Source: Octopus sinensis
Lineage: Eukaryota
Assembly (NCBI RefSeq): GCF_006345805.1
Contig: NC_043011.1
Span: forward strand, 66,600,464-66,664,463
Direction of reading: 5' to 3'
DNA length: 64,000 nucleotides
A model generated the notes under the pieces. The model was not told where the DNA came from, did not search any database, and worked only from the letters and a program-made list of their open reading frames with translations. The position numbers were made by a program, and so were the translations under genes. Below, piece after piece: positions 36,585 to 49,150 of the stretch; position 1 is the first letter of the stretch, and each line of letters opens with the position of its first letter.

Positions 36585-36975
36585 CTTTTCTACTCTAGGC
36601 ACAAGGTCAGAAATTTTGGGGGAGGGAAGTTGTCGATTAGATTGACAACAGTACGCGAATGGTACTTTATTTATCGACCCCGAAAGAATGAAAAGCTAAG
36701 TCGACCTCGGTGGAATTTGAACTCAGAACGTAACGGCAGACGAAATACTTATTTCTTTACTACCCACAAGGGGCTAAACACAGAGAGGACAAACAGGAAC
36801 AGACAAACGGATTAAGTCGATTATATCGACCCCAGTGTGTAACTGGTTCTTATTTAATCGACTCCGAAAAGATGAAAGGCAAAGTCGACCTCGGCGGAAT
36901 TTGAACTCAGAACGTAACGGCAGACGAAATACCGCTAATCGTTTCACCCGGCGTGCTAACGTTTCTGCCAGCTTG
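36585..36975 (-). mobile_element. head-to-tail dimer of SINE family A (two different tail subtypes)
   Basis: Junction GACGAAATAC|TTATTTCTTTACTACCCACAAG near 36748; the distal unit has the TACTCTAGGCACAAGG tail type. Confidence 0.9.
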
Positions 36976-37493
36976 TGATATTGTGTAAAATTGTGATATT
37001 GTGTAAAACATTGTACCATAAACGCCAAGTACAAGACTTCAGACCAATACAGAGAAGGTGGGAATTCCTAACACATGACCTTATACGTTTACAGGACAGT
37101 TTGTCGAATAAACACTTCAAACATTGTGCATATAATAGCTACAGTTAAATGAGTGAAACAATTAACGCGTAAAGATGAAAGATATATATGTAGCAGCATA
37201 ATATTTATTTCTACATATAGATGTATAACTGAACTGAAAACGCAGTAACGATCAATGATTGGCTCTTCAGCTGTAAATAGAAAGAAAGTTCGGTTAATCG
37301 AATGTTTATACCGACCAGCATTAAAATGTGAATCAGGTAAACTATTTTACATTTTTATTTAAGTACTTTCACTTATATTCAATTGGCCTATGTTTTCTAG
37401 TTTATTGTGTATATAATATATATTAGTAAAACCTACATATATATATATATATATGTGTTGTGTTTTTTGTGCTTCTTGTTTGGATTAACTTTA

Positions 37494-37545
<52 letters not shown>

Positions 37546-37616
37546 GTGTGTGTGTGTGTGTGTGTGTGTTTTGTGCTTTCTTGGATTAACTTATATATAT
37601 ATATATATATATAAAT

Positions 37617-37899
37617 ATATATTAGAAGAAATGAGGTACTCCAAAATTGGCTGGTTTTATATTTACAGATACTTATTTGTATATTACATTTTTTATACAT
37701 CATATAACTTACATCATGTATATATATTCGCGCATTCTCCCATTCTTGTGGGGTTTCAGATCGATTTGAAAACCCCACAAGAATGGGAGAATGCGCGCGA
37801 ATATATGATATATGATGTATAAAAACATGTAATATACAAATAAATATCTGTAAATATAAAACCATCCGAATTTCTGAGTACTTCATTTCTTCTAATATA
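37617..37899. repeat. about 283-bp imperfect spacerless palindrome centred on TCGA (37761-37764)
   Basis: The arms align as reverse complements, e.g. CGCATTCTCCCATTCTTGTGGGGTTT / AAACCCCACAAGAATGGGAGAATGCG. Confidence 0.92.
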
Positions 37900-39490
37900 A
37901 AATGCCTGCACATCATCTCTAAACCCTCTTATATATATATATATATATATATACGTAGCTGGTATATTAAATTCGATTCATATATCAGATTTTAGTATTA
38001 AATATATTTGTTATACCCTGATATATCTTTATTTTCAAAGTAGATTTTGCTTTGACACGTCCTATATCTGATTTAATCGTTTTCAAACCTTCTCTTATGC
38101 ATTTATGTTTTTAAGGACTGGCGTAGTACTATGTGTGTAGATTTAATATACGATCGATGATATTACTAATTCTTCGTTGTACGGTAACCGAGTTACAATG
38201 TTTCTTACCATTTTCTCGCTCTCTTTCTATAGGGATTATGGACTGCTGCTATTGGACCCTTATCCATTCAGATGAATGTACCGAAACTTATCCGTCAAAA
38301 CTTTCCCTCCAAGTACTTTCTCTTAATATTCATATTAAGCAATGAATATTACTTCGGTTACAATTTTATTATTAACTGCCATGTAGCACCATCACAATAA
38401 TATCGTGTTTCTTATTAGATTGTCATATATATTATTAAAATACATTGAAAATATTAATGTAGAGACTAATGCTACTGTATCCGTTATAGGACACTCGCAC
38501 CATACCCTCTTATAATCCAGATGCATACTGCGATATTATACGTATAACGTATGTTAACCTTGCAATAATTTTAAAGTAATTGCACTAAGTACCTTTGTCT
38601 AGTATGTCACTTACAATGAAACAATTACTTAAAACAGTAGCGTCGAGTTTAGATTGCAAAGAATATTATATATATATATACTATGTATCTGACGCATCAA
38701 TTTGAATGTACACCGTTCTAACGTTTCAATTAGTACGTTATAATATTAGGTTAATACTACAGATCTCTTGTCATACAAAACATATCAGAATTTTCATTTG
38801 GACCATCGTAACTAAATATCAATGAAATTAGGTCGTCATATTACAGAACAAATATTCTTCTGTTGGGGTGGCCTTGCAGTTTTCTGATCACGTTACAGTT
38901 ACTGAAAATGTTCACAAGATGTATTCCTTGATGACAAAAAGACAACTGCGTTTACTACATACATGTTCCAAAGGCATTAGGGAGATTTAAAGAAACATAT
39001 CCTTCAAACTGATATTGTTGTAGACAAATATTGAAGAGTCAGCGGCACTAGAAACGCATTGCTAACTCCAACTGTGTTGCCGGAATTTTTCCTCTGAAAC
39101 AAAATAATAAATTGTTGTGAAAATTTAGTTTCAAAATGTATGATAAATATTGAGACATACATCCATCTGAAATGTCTCGTTATATACTAATTACATGCGA
39201 TGGATTAAAATGCATACAAGTAATACACAATGGATTGTCAGAGACTATCAAAGTAAATACTGCCGCCGTGTCGTCGCAGCAGTTTCTAGGCCACATCATT
39301 TAGTATTAAATTGAAAGAAAATAAACACATACCTAAATAATATACTCTTTCTTTCCCTGCTCGATTGCCCCTTCGAAGGGGATTCTAGGAAAAATAGTGA
39401 ATGCTTATATTCTTACCAAAAAATATTTTTAACTCGTACGTTTTTATTTAATTTACTGGGGTAGGAAAAATAAATTAAAGTAACAGATTA

Positions 39491-39719
39491 ATACCTATTT
39501 CTTTATTACCCACAAGGGGCTGAACATAGAGGGGACAAACATGGACAGACATAGGTATTATGTCGATTATATCGACCCCAGTGCTTAACTGGTACTTAAT
39601 TTATCGACCCCGAAAGGCAAAGTCGACCTCGGCGGAATTTGAACTCACAACGTAACGGCAGACGAAATACCGCTAAGCACTTCGCCCGACGTGCTAACGA
39701 TTCTGCTAGCTCGCCGCCT
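39491..39719 (-). mobile_element. SINE family A monomer
   Basis: Full head to tail; the tail ends AAAGAAATAGGTATTA on the minus strand. Confidence 0.92.
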
Positions 39720-40199
39720 ACTTAATAACATATTAATACCGCTCATATATTCACTCACTCATTGTTTTTGGTTTATAAGCCTAAAGTAATACCAACTATT
39801 TACCGGGCACTTATGAAAGTACAAGAATTCAAAACGTTCCAGACAGTCGCTGTTTTCTTTTCTTCCTTTTTTTAAACAGTCCATGAGAAGTGTGTATTTA
39901 CTGCAATGTAAAAAAGGCTTGAAAATTATACATTCAGGTATCGATGTATTGCTCATAATTTTATATCCTAATACTAAGTTTATACAGGACTGAAAATAAC
40001 CTTGCGAGTGGCCGAGGATTATATGATTAATAAACCAAAGTCAAGTGGTTATATTTTTTTACATCATTTCCCAGCTTGTTACCACAAAAACAGAAAGTCT
40101 ACTCTCACTGTTAAAAATAATATTACCCGGGGATTAGAACTTCCGAGATCTTTATCGTCGATAGAAAAATGTAGGCATTGTCAAATCAAAAGGTAAAAG

Positions 40200-40497
40200 A
40201 GTGGCTGTGTGGTAAGTAGCTTGCTTACCAACCACATGGTTCCAGGTTCAGTCCCACTGCGTGGCAACTTGGGCAAGTGTCTTCTACTATAACCTCGGGC
40301 CGACCAAAGCCTTATGAGTGGATTTGGTAGATGGAAACTGAAAGAAGCCCGTCGTATATATGTATATATATGCTTATGTGTGTATATGTTTGTGTAACAA
40401 CATTTATCACACTAACATCACGTGGCAACCGGTGCTGGTACGTTTATGTCCCCGTAACTTAACGGTTCGGCAAAAGAGACCAATAGAAGAAGTAACT
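40200..40497 (+). mobile_element. SINE family B, 3'-truncated
   Basis: GAGTGGCTGTGTGGTAAGTAGCTTGCTTACCAACCACATGGTTCC..CTTGGGCAAGTGTCTTCTACTAT. Confidence 0.92.
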
Positions 40498-40828
40498 AAC
40501 AATAACAATAAAGGACCGAACCAGAGCGTGTGTTTATTATTACCGGCATAATGCCCCTCCCAATGTCCAATTCTATATATACACAGACACAGATATATAC
40601 ATATATATATATATATTTATTGAAATGGATAAATGAATTATCTTGTTACGGATTATTCAAAATGTAACCGATACCTGGGTAGCAAAAATCACAACAGAAA
40701 AAAACACGGTTGAGGTTACGACCATGGGGTGTCGCAACCGTGCCTTAGCGCGGATAATTGAAGTTTTATATATTTAGTGACGGGAAGAAATGGAGCTGAA
40801 CGAAGATTCTACAAAATTCCTTTTTATT

Positions 40829-40914
40829 ATTTTCTACACATGTTTCAAAGGCTGCAAATTTCCAAATTCGGATTGAATAAGGATACCATTTTGCAGCTTT
40901 CTCTTCAGGAAAAT
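40829..40914 (-). ncRNA. type-I hammerhead ribozyme with long stem II
   Basis: ATTTTC (I) - CTGAAGA - GAAAGCTGCAAA..TTTGCAGCCTTT (II) - GAAA - CA-TG-TGT - A - GAAAAT (I'); GUA triplet, predicted cut between 40835 and 40834. Confidence 0.78.
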
Positions 40915-42064
40915 CCAGGAATTTAAATCTCCAAACAAATGCGCAGCAAGCTATTCGAACAAAACGCTCCCTAGGAGCGCATGGTATGGCACAAAACTGT
41001 CTCTCAATGTGCGTTGACGTCAGGGTGGGTGAAGGCCGACGAAAAAGTCCGTTGGAATAAATCGAGGTCAAACTGCGGTTAAATCTGGTAGGGGAAGAAT
41101 TACAGAAAACCAAAGGGTGTGAATACATTCTGTATAACTAATGTTAATGTTCGAATTGTTTTAAGAATGAAAGCTATCTTATTTGGGTGTGAGAAACTAC
41201 CTACATGTATGTGTGTGTGCGCCTGTGTATGTGTGGCAGTATGTTAGGAAGCAGCTAGAGGGAAAGTATATTGCAGATACTGCTGGTCAGGCGGCTGATA
41301 AAAGCCTGTGTCTGTGTGTTCGTCTGTGGCCAGTGAATATACAGATGACTTGTCAAACAAGGGGATTATAATCCCTGATATTGTTTCTAAATAAGTAGCA
41401 GATCATACGCTAAAAGGGGAGTAATTTCCCCTTACAAATTTAATTCAAAATTTTCTTCAAAATTTTTTCCAAAATTTTTTTCTTAATTTTTTTTCTTTTC
41501 TTAGGACATCAAGGTGTTAATTATCTTAGGCTTCAATTGTATGCAAGAAATGTGTGCCGCCTCCAGTGGGGACATCTAAAAGAGTTTTGCAAAATCGCGT
41601 TAACTAGCTGCCCTCGGGCGAACAAAATGTGAAAAAGTTCAGAGTTGCAGAGATTACAGATTCTTTTGCCTCTATCAAACGGTACAGACACCGATAAATC
41701 CACCATTCCAGTCTAAATGCTGAATTCGCGTTCTTCAAACGCCAGATTAATTACTTAGTCCGGTCGCGTGTGTTGTGTTTCTAAAATCGCGAAATGTTGT
41801 GTGAAGTGGTTCGATATTCTCACGGACAATTTTGATGAAGACGCTCCGATATACAAGTAGACATCTGATTCAGTATAAACTCTGCATTGGTAAATGGCAT
41901 TTTTAATCTTGGAATTACTAGATAAGAACCTTATTCTATTGGGATTGGCTTCCGATGTTAATACGGCGTTCTTATTACTATGATGAACGCCGTACCATGG
42001 GCTCCTAGGGAGCGTTTCGTTCGAAAAGCTTGCTGCGAATTTGTTTGGAGATTTAAATTCCTGA

Positions 42065-42143
42065 ATTTTCCTGAATAGAAAGCTGCAAAATGGTATCCTT
42101 GTAAATTTGAAAATTTGCAGCCTTTGAAACATGTGTAGAAAAA
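42065..42143 (+). ncRNA. inverted second copy of the 40829-40914 hammerhead with a mutated core
   Basis: ATTTTC-CTGAATA (G8 to T)-GAAAGCTGCAAA..TTTGCAGCCTTT-GAAA-CATGTGTA-GAAAA. Confidence 0.65.
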
Positions 42144-42510
42144 ATAAAAAGGAAATTTTGTAGAATCTTCGTTCAGCTCCATTTCTTCCATTCACTAAAT
42201 ATATATACATATATAATATAGATATATATATATAATATATATATATATATAATTTAGGGCATCTAAGAGATACCTCCACGCTGGGAATATAAGTCATAAC
42301 TTGACTGTAAAACCACAACTTAAATGTTCATACACCACCAGGAGAGAAGACAAAATGACAAAATAAACTAGCAAAAAATTACTGGATAATTCCAGATCCA
42401 GGATTTCTGCTTTGCATAAGATATATTATTAATTTGAAGTGTTTTTATTCCTATACTGCCACCTGATAAGACCGGTATTTTAAATACCGATCTCATCTAT
42501 AATTAATATA

Positions 42511-42567
<57 letters not shown>

Positions 42568-42614
42568 GATATATTATTATATGTGTTTGTGTGTGTGTGT
42601 ATATATATATAATA

Positions 42615-42890
42615 TTTTATATTGAATGCATATCACCACTATGAACCACGCATCATACTCTTTAAACATATAGCATGAACGAACTCACTTCACTATATAT
42701 GAACTTTTGATGTCTGACTCTATTGTATATTATAAATGAATTTTTATATTTGAGAGCATGAACTATCTTTTTTTATATATAACATTTTTGATAAGGTTCG
42801 CAAGAACCGAAACATGTTTATAATGTATATATAAAAAATTAAAAATTAGTCTAATATAGCAGCATTTTCGAACTTCATTTTTTACAAATA
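42615..42890 (+). mobile_element. AT-rich repeat (probably a Penelope pseudo-LTR) with U3-A8 hammerhead-like motif at 42781-42830
   Basis: TTGATAA-GGTTC-GCAA-GAACC-GAAA-CATGT-T; inverted paralogue at 6210-6530. Confidence 0.75.
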
Positions 42891-43297
42891 TAGATATTAT
42901 ATATATTATATATATATCTATATATATATATATATATATATATGAGTGTGTTGTGTGTGTTTGTATGTGTGTGTGTATGTATATATATCAATTATAACAC
43001 TGCTAAAAACAGTATGATCATGATATACCTGCAGAAATCCATCGTATGTTCAGGATAGACAAAATAATCAGGACAAGCACCTCTCGCCTTTTGATTGCAA
43101 CTCAATACCGCTGTCTCCGCAACACCTAAAATGTTTTAAATGCTATTTGAATCTGAAATGATTTTCACGAAATTAGATTTTCTTAAACAACAACATCTGC
43201 TTTTGATTTTAGTTGGCTTCATATCATAGAGATAATCCATAGGGCTGTATGTAGAACACACATACGCACACACACGTACACAAACACACACACTCAT

Positions 43298-43366
<69 letters not shown>

Positions 43367-43844
43367 CATATGTATGTGTGTATATATTTATATATACACA
43401 CATATGCCTATATATATTTATGTACATATACAGGTACATTAATATATACATTTAAGTGTATAGTTATCTTTTTTCTCTCTTTATAACTGTATACGTGGAT
43501 ATGTTGATAGGTATGTACATTGATGTTTGTATGTGGATGTGTGTGTGTGAGTGTGTGTGTGTTTGTGTGTGTGTGTGGTGCGTGTGTGTGCATGCGTATG
43601 TGTTTGTGTGTATGCTTGTTTCCATGACGTAATATATGAGACATTTCCACAGCTACTAAAATTCTCTCTTAATGTGTACTGGACACTTATACGCGACATA
43701 TTGATCATTCTTCATTTATCGCTGCCAGGGCTAAAGTTGTATAAGTTTAAATAAAGAAATTAGTGAAGATCAATCTGCTTCTATATCAATAGAGTTAGCG
43801 CCCTTGCTTTTACAACTAACAACAACTCTGGAAATATATATTTA

Positions 43845-44163
43845 TTTATTGGCACAGGGGGCTAAATATAGAGGGACAAAAACAAGAACACACAAAGGGA
43901 ATAAGTCGATTACATCCACCCCAGTGCGTAAATGGTACTTATTTAATCGACGCCGAAAGGATGAAAGGCAAAGTCGAGCTCGGCGGAATTTAAACTCAGA
44001 ACGTAACGGCAAACGAAATACCTATTTCCTTACTGCCCACAAGGCGCTAAACACAGAGGGTACAAACAAGGACAGAAAAACGGATTAAGTCGATTATATC
44101 GACCCCAGTGCGTAACTGGTCCTTATTTAATCGGCCCCGAAAGGATGAGAGGAAAAGTCGACC
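43845..44163 (-). mobile_element. head-to-tail dimer of SINE family A, both units headless
   Basis: Junction AAACGAAATAC|CTATTTCCTTACTGCCCACAAGG near 44021. Confidence 0.88.
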
Positions 44164-44623
44164 TGACTGCCATGTTACACATATCCACCCTTTCCGTCAA
44201 AAATGACAACCAGATATTGCAACAGCAAGGGATTCAAAGGCCCATAGCTATATAATAGGTTGTCAAAATTCTTTGAAATCTATTTAGTTTCTAAGAATTT
44301 GCAGCAACTTACACCACACCAAAAATCTCAAAAGAGAGCATCAATCAGAAACTCCCTTCTTCACTAAAACCTAATCGCAAGACTTCCAGGTAAATTTCCA
44401 TGTTAATGTAGTAGGGCGGGGTTTGCAAAGGATGACATGCCTCCACTAAACCCTTCTTCTTCATTTCGGACATCGTCCGAACAAAGTTGGCATTCAGAGA
44501 AGCTTATTTTGAGACTGTAGGTTTGTCTCCAGTAAGACAGACTTCAAACTTAAAATTGCGTCCGTTGAGTTTGGAACTCACATGATCCTGTTACTTGATG
44601 TGCATACGGCCTGATGCACATTG

Positions 44624-45027
44624 CTCTTTACTCTTTTACTTCTTTCATTCATTTGACTGTGGCCATGCTGGAGCAACGTCCTTTAGCCGAGCAAATTGAC
44701 CCCAGGGCTTATTCTTTGTAAGCCTAGTACTTATTCCATCAGTATCTATTGCCGAACCGCCAAATTACGGCGACGCAAACACACCAGCATCGGTTCTCAG
44801 GCGATGTTGGGGGGATAAACAGAGACACACAAACATACATATGTAGATATATACATACATATATACGACGGGCTTCTTTCAGTTTCCATCTACCAAATCT
44901 ACTCAGAAGGTTTTGGTCGGCCCGAGGCTATAGTAGAAGACACTTGCCCAGTGTGCCACGCAGTGGGACTGAACCCGGAACCATGTGCTTGGTAAACAAG
45001 CTACTTACCACATAGCCACTCCTACAC
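44624..45027 (-). mobile_element. SINE family B, full length
   Basis: Head through the (TCTTTTAC)n tail. Confidence 0.92.
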
Positions 45028-45667
45028 CTATGCATCTTCAGGTATCTTCAAGGATTCAACGAAACTTGTAGCCTTCATATTACGGCGCTCTCGGAACATG
45101 TGATGTGACGGGACCTCCCATTGATTATTCACGACCGCACTGATTCAGCAATTCTTTGTGGCTATCAGAAGCAACTGCATATAAGAGTTTGCGATTTTAT
45201 CCGTTTACTCTTGCCCTTTGACGATTTTTTTTTTACTTCACAGAGGATCACTAAAAGTCCGTGAGGCTTTAAAACTTAAGCACCCGCTTGGCACTGATCA
45301 AGGATATTCCTGAGTCATTGCTGACATAAACATGGCTATTTCACAGTCGATAAGTCAAATGTCAAAAGTCTTCGTTCATCGCGTTTAAATCTTGTTCTCC
45401 AAAGTTTTTGACAATGGCTTTCCCTTTTTTTAATCTGAATTATTATCGATAATGTTTTGAATACATATAACTTGTGGTGTTCTGATATGTCCGCAGAATT
45501 ATGATATTTTCTGTGTGTGTGTGTGTGTGTTTTGGTGTGTATTTTTATTGTGTGTGTGTATGTGCTTATGTGTATGAGTGTGTGTGTGTATGCGCGTTAG
45601 TGTGTGTAACACATTTGAACAATACTAGACAGAATCTGTCTTTTCCATTCGAGCTTCGTGTACAAAT

Positions 45668-45842
45668 AGGCGCAGGAGTGGCTGTGTGGTAAGTAGCTTG
45701 TTTACCAACCACATTGTTCCGGGTTCAGTCTCACTGCGTGGCACCTTGGGCAAGTGTCTTCTGCTAGAGCCTCGGGTCGACCAACCCCTTGTGAGTGGAT
45801 TTTGGTAGACGGAAACTGAAAGAAGCTTGTCGTATATATATG

Positions 45843-45875
<33 letters not shown>

Positions 45876-46130
45876 ATATATATATATATATAATATGCGT
45901 GTGTGTTTGGTGTGTCTCTGTTTGTCCCCCTCGCATTGCTTGACAACCGATGCGGTGTGTTTATGTCTCCGTTTACTTAGCGGTTCGGCAAAAGAGACCG
46001 ATAGAGTATGTAACTGGGCTTACAAAAGAATAAGTCCCGGGGTCGAGTTGCTCGATTAAAGTGGGTGCTCCAGCATGGTCGCAGTCAAATGACTGAAACA
46101 AGTAAAAGAGTAAAAGAGTAAAAAAGTAAA
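45668..46130 (+). mobile_element. SINE family B, full length
   Basis: GGCGCAGGAGTGGCTGTGTGGTAAG through the (GAGTAAAA)n tail. Confidence 0.93.
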
Positions 46131-46362
46131 TCTCATACAATATTTTAAAAAGTTTACTGTTCCTAAAGAGTTTTATGTACGCGTGTCAAAGGTGACTCCG
46201 TTCATTATCTTTTCACTTCATTTATGTGTTTTTCAGATTTTGCGTTTTTATAGCGTTTTATCTTGTTGGATTTGATGGTACAGAAGTTTTTATATATATG
46301 TGTATATATATATATATATGCATTCAAACACATGCACGCACACATATACATACATTTACACA

Positions 46363-46404
<42 letters not shown>

Positions 46405-46766
46405 CATGTATATATATATTTATATGTATACATATGTATACACACGCTTGCTCAGACATATATACATATGTGTATATACAAATACACATAAATGTGTGTG
46501 TGTGTGTATGTGTGTATGTGCGTATATATATATACACGAATAATACATTTCATTTAAATAATATTCTTAAAATATACCTTTGATGCTGCTGACTTACGCC
46601 AGTCTTTCTTTTTGATCGACATTGTATATAAACCGCGGATTCCCACATTCGCTATAATTTGGAAATGCTATGACAGGGAGTAAGATATTTAAAATAGGCT
46701 CAACATCTCTCGTTTTAGGTCCTAATTCACAACTACACTATGTGAGTTTCTATATTTATTTGAATT

Positions 46767-47500
46767 TTTTCATATTCATAAATTTTGAACATCAGTAACA
46801 GGATCTTCACAAACGTGGCATTGGTTATATTAGGAAGAAATGCTTCCGGAAAGATTAAATGACATTTTGAAGTTTAATTACCACGGGCTCATTACGATAA
46901 TTGCAGATGTATGTACTATGATTATATGTGTTTGTACATATATGCATGTGTGCTGTAAGGGGATATGTTTAAAAATACGACTGGGTAACTATGTGTATGC
47001 AGTGGACGAATGAACGATGGTTAAAAAATACATAAAATATATTTTTATATTTTAAGTATCTAAAAATTTGAATACTTTTAATTACATTTTAGGAGACTCT
47101 CGATAATACAAAAATCCTTATTTCAAATACCGATACGTTTTCATATTCATAAATTTTGAACAGGCATAACAGGATCTTCACAAACGTGGCATTGGTATAT
47201 TAGGAAGACATGCTTCCGAAATATTAAATGACATTTTTGAAGTTTAATTCCACGGCTCATTACGATAATGAGATGTATGCTATGATTATATGTGTTTGTC
47301 ATATATGCATGTGTGCTGTAAGGGGATATGTTTAAAATACGAAGGTAACTATGTGTATGCAGTGGACGAATGAACGATGGTTAAAAAATACATAAAATAT
47401 ATTTTTATATTTTAAGTATCTAAAAATTTGAATACTTTAAATTACATTTTAGGAGACTCTCGATAATACAAAAATCCTTATTTCAAATACCGATACGTTT
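46767..47500. repeat. two-copy tandem duplication, about 365-370-bp unit
   Basis: 46767-47137 vs 47138-47500; the first half of copy 2 has many 1-2 nt deletions, the second half is nearly identical. Confidence 0.95.
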
Positions 47501-48658
47501 TTATTCAGCACATATCATTAGCTACGGATTAATTGGGAATGCTCGCCATCTCGATTTCTGTTGCACCGTTTAACATCACTGATTTTACTACAAGGAATTT
47601 TACTTCACTAAAAGTAGGAATTTTTTCTAACTCCCATTCTTATATTCTTGCAAATAACAATCCTATGATTTATGTTTTCCTTATTACATACCAACTTCAA
47701 CTTCATTTATTTTGTGTGTCTAAATCTAACATTGTTTTATCGGACTTTTACAATTCCTGATACGAAAAACAAAATAACCATCTCTTTTGTACTTGGAATA
47801 ATTATTGCCCAGTTACTTATCTACATCAGAAATGCTTCTGGGGAATTTGATGCTACATTTTTAATATATATATTTTGATACATATAACAAACGTATTGCC
47901 TGTTTATATATACATACAAAGAGACACATATACATACATAAGTGCAGAGAGAGAGAGAGAAATACAGAAAAAGAAAACAGAGAGAAGACAGAGAGAAATC
48001 AGGTGTATATAAAAGTCTCATTTTTTATTTTGTGATATTTGGTAATTCTAGGTTTGTGATTAATATGCTACGGATTTTATGTATATCAAAAACGTTGAAT
48101 TATGTTTCATATTTCTCTTTTCTCTATTTCCGACTTCATTCGAATGGTTTTCTTCCCCATGGGCTGCGAATATTCATACAGTACACTTGTCGATTTTAAA
48201 TGTATCCATTATTAAAGCTATTTTTACATGTCTTCTTATTGAGGGAAAATAGAATATCGCCTAAATACATCAACGCTTGTTTGTTAAAGATCCTAAAGTG
48301 TATTTGCAGTCATAAGGTATTTCCTTCTTGCATTTGTATTTCCACGAATACTGTATATATTCTATAGGATAATAGAGTTCCCCATCTCATTCCGTAAGTT
48401 AAATCCTCGTATGTATTTTTGTTGTCATCCTTTTGTCTCGGGAGACAATGGAGTTGCGCATAAACTAATCCAGTCTGGTTTTTACATTTCATGGCCTATG
48501 CAGTCTCTTCTCCAGTTTTGCGCAGGCCTGGGCTAGATGTAAGAAATCCCTGGTTATCCCACGGAGTCAAACGAGTGCAGAGTATTACGTTTGGTACCAG
48601 CTTGGTTGCAGGAGCTGCCGGAAGAGCGTCGAGTCGAACACTAAACCGCCTACGCAGC

Positions 48659-48715
<57 letters not shown>

Positions 48716-49000
48716 CATATACATACATATATATGCATATATATATATATGTATGTGTGTGTGTGTGTGTGTGTTTGTGTGCAGATTTGTACATTTTGTT
48801 TTATGCATGTCTTTTCATGCATATACTTGCATATCTAGACTGGCCCTTATATACTTAAATGAAAAAATTCTGGGAAGTTTAGAGTTTTTTATTTTTAAAT
48901 TTCCAGTGATATTTTGGATCTGTATTCTTGGAATCAGCTTTCTCATATCTTGCTTTGAGAAACCTAATTTCTGAAGACTGGTATCTAGGCAATGCGTTAC

Positions 49001-49082
49001 TATGTATGTATGTATGTATGTATGTATGTATGTATGTATGTATGTATGTATGTATGTATGTATGTATGTATGTATGTATGTA

Positions 49083-49118
<36 letters not shown>

Positions 49119-49150
49119 TGTATGTATGTATGTATGTACGTATGTATGTA
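49001..49150. repeat. (TATG)n microsatellite
   Basis: Directly visible. Confidence 0.97.

Larger units (their letters stand above)
40770..42205 (-). mobile_element. 5'-truncated Penelope-like element: GIY-YIG fragment (41533-41960) between inverted pseudo-LTR copies (40770-40990 and 41988-42205)
   Basis: NAIYQCRVYTESDVYLYIGASSSKLSVRISNH..WRLKN..LEW..VPFDRGKRICNLCNSELFHIL..CPHWRRHTF; the two flanking segments of about 220 bp are reverse complements. Confidence 0.85.

Noticed and set aside
37225-37275. Minus-strand CTGAAGA-GCCAATCATTGATCG
   Set aside because: No GAAA and poor stem II pairing.
48970-49000. CTGAAGA-CTGG-TAT-CTAG-GCAA motif
   Set aside because: GAAA is mutated and there is no stem I; not distinguishable from chance.
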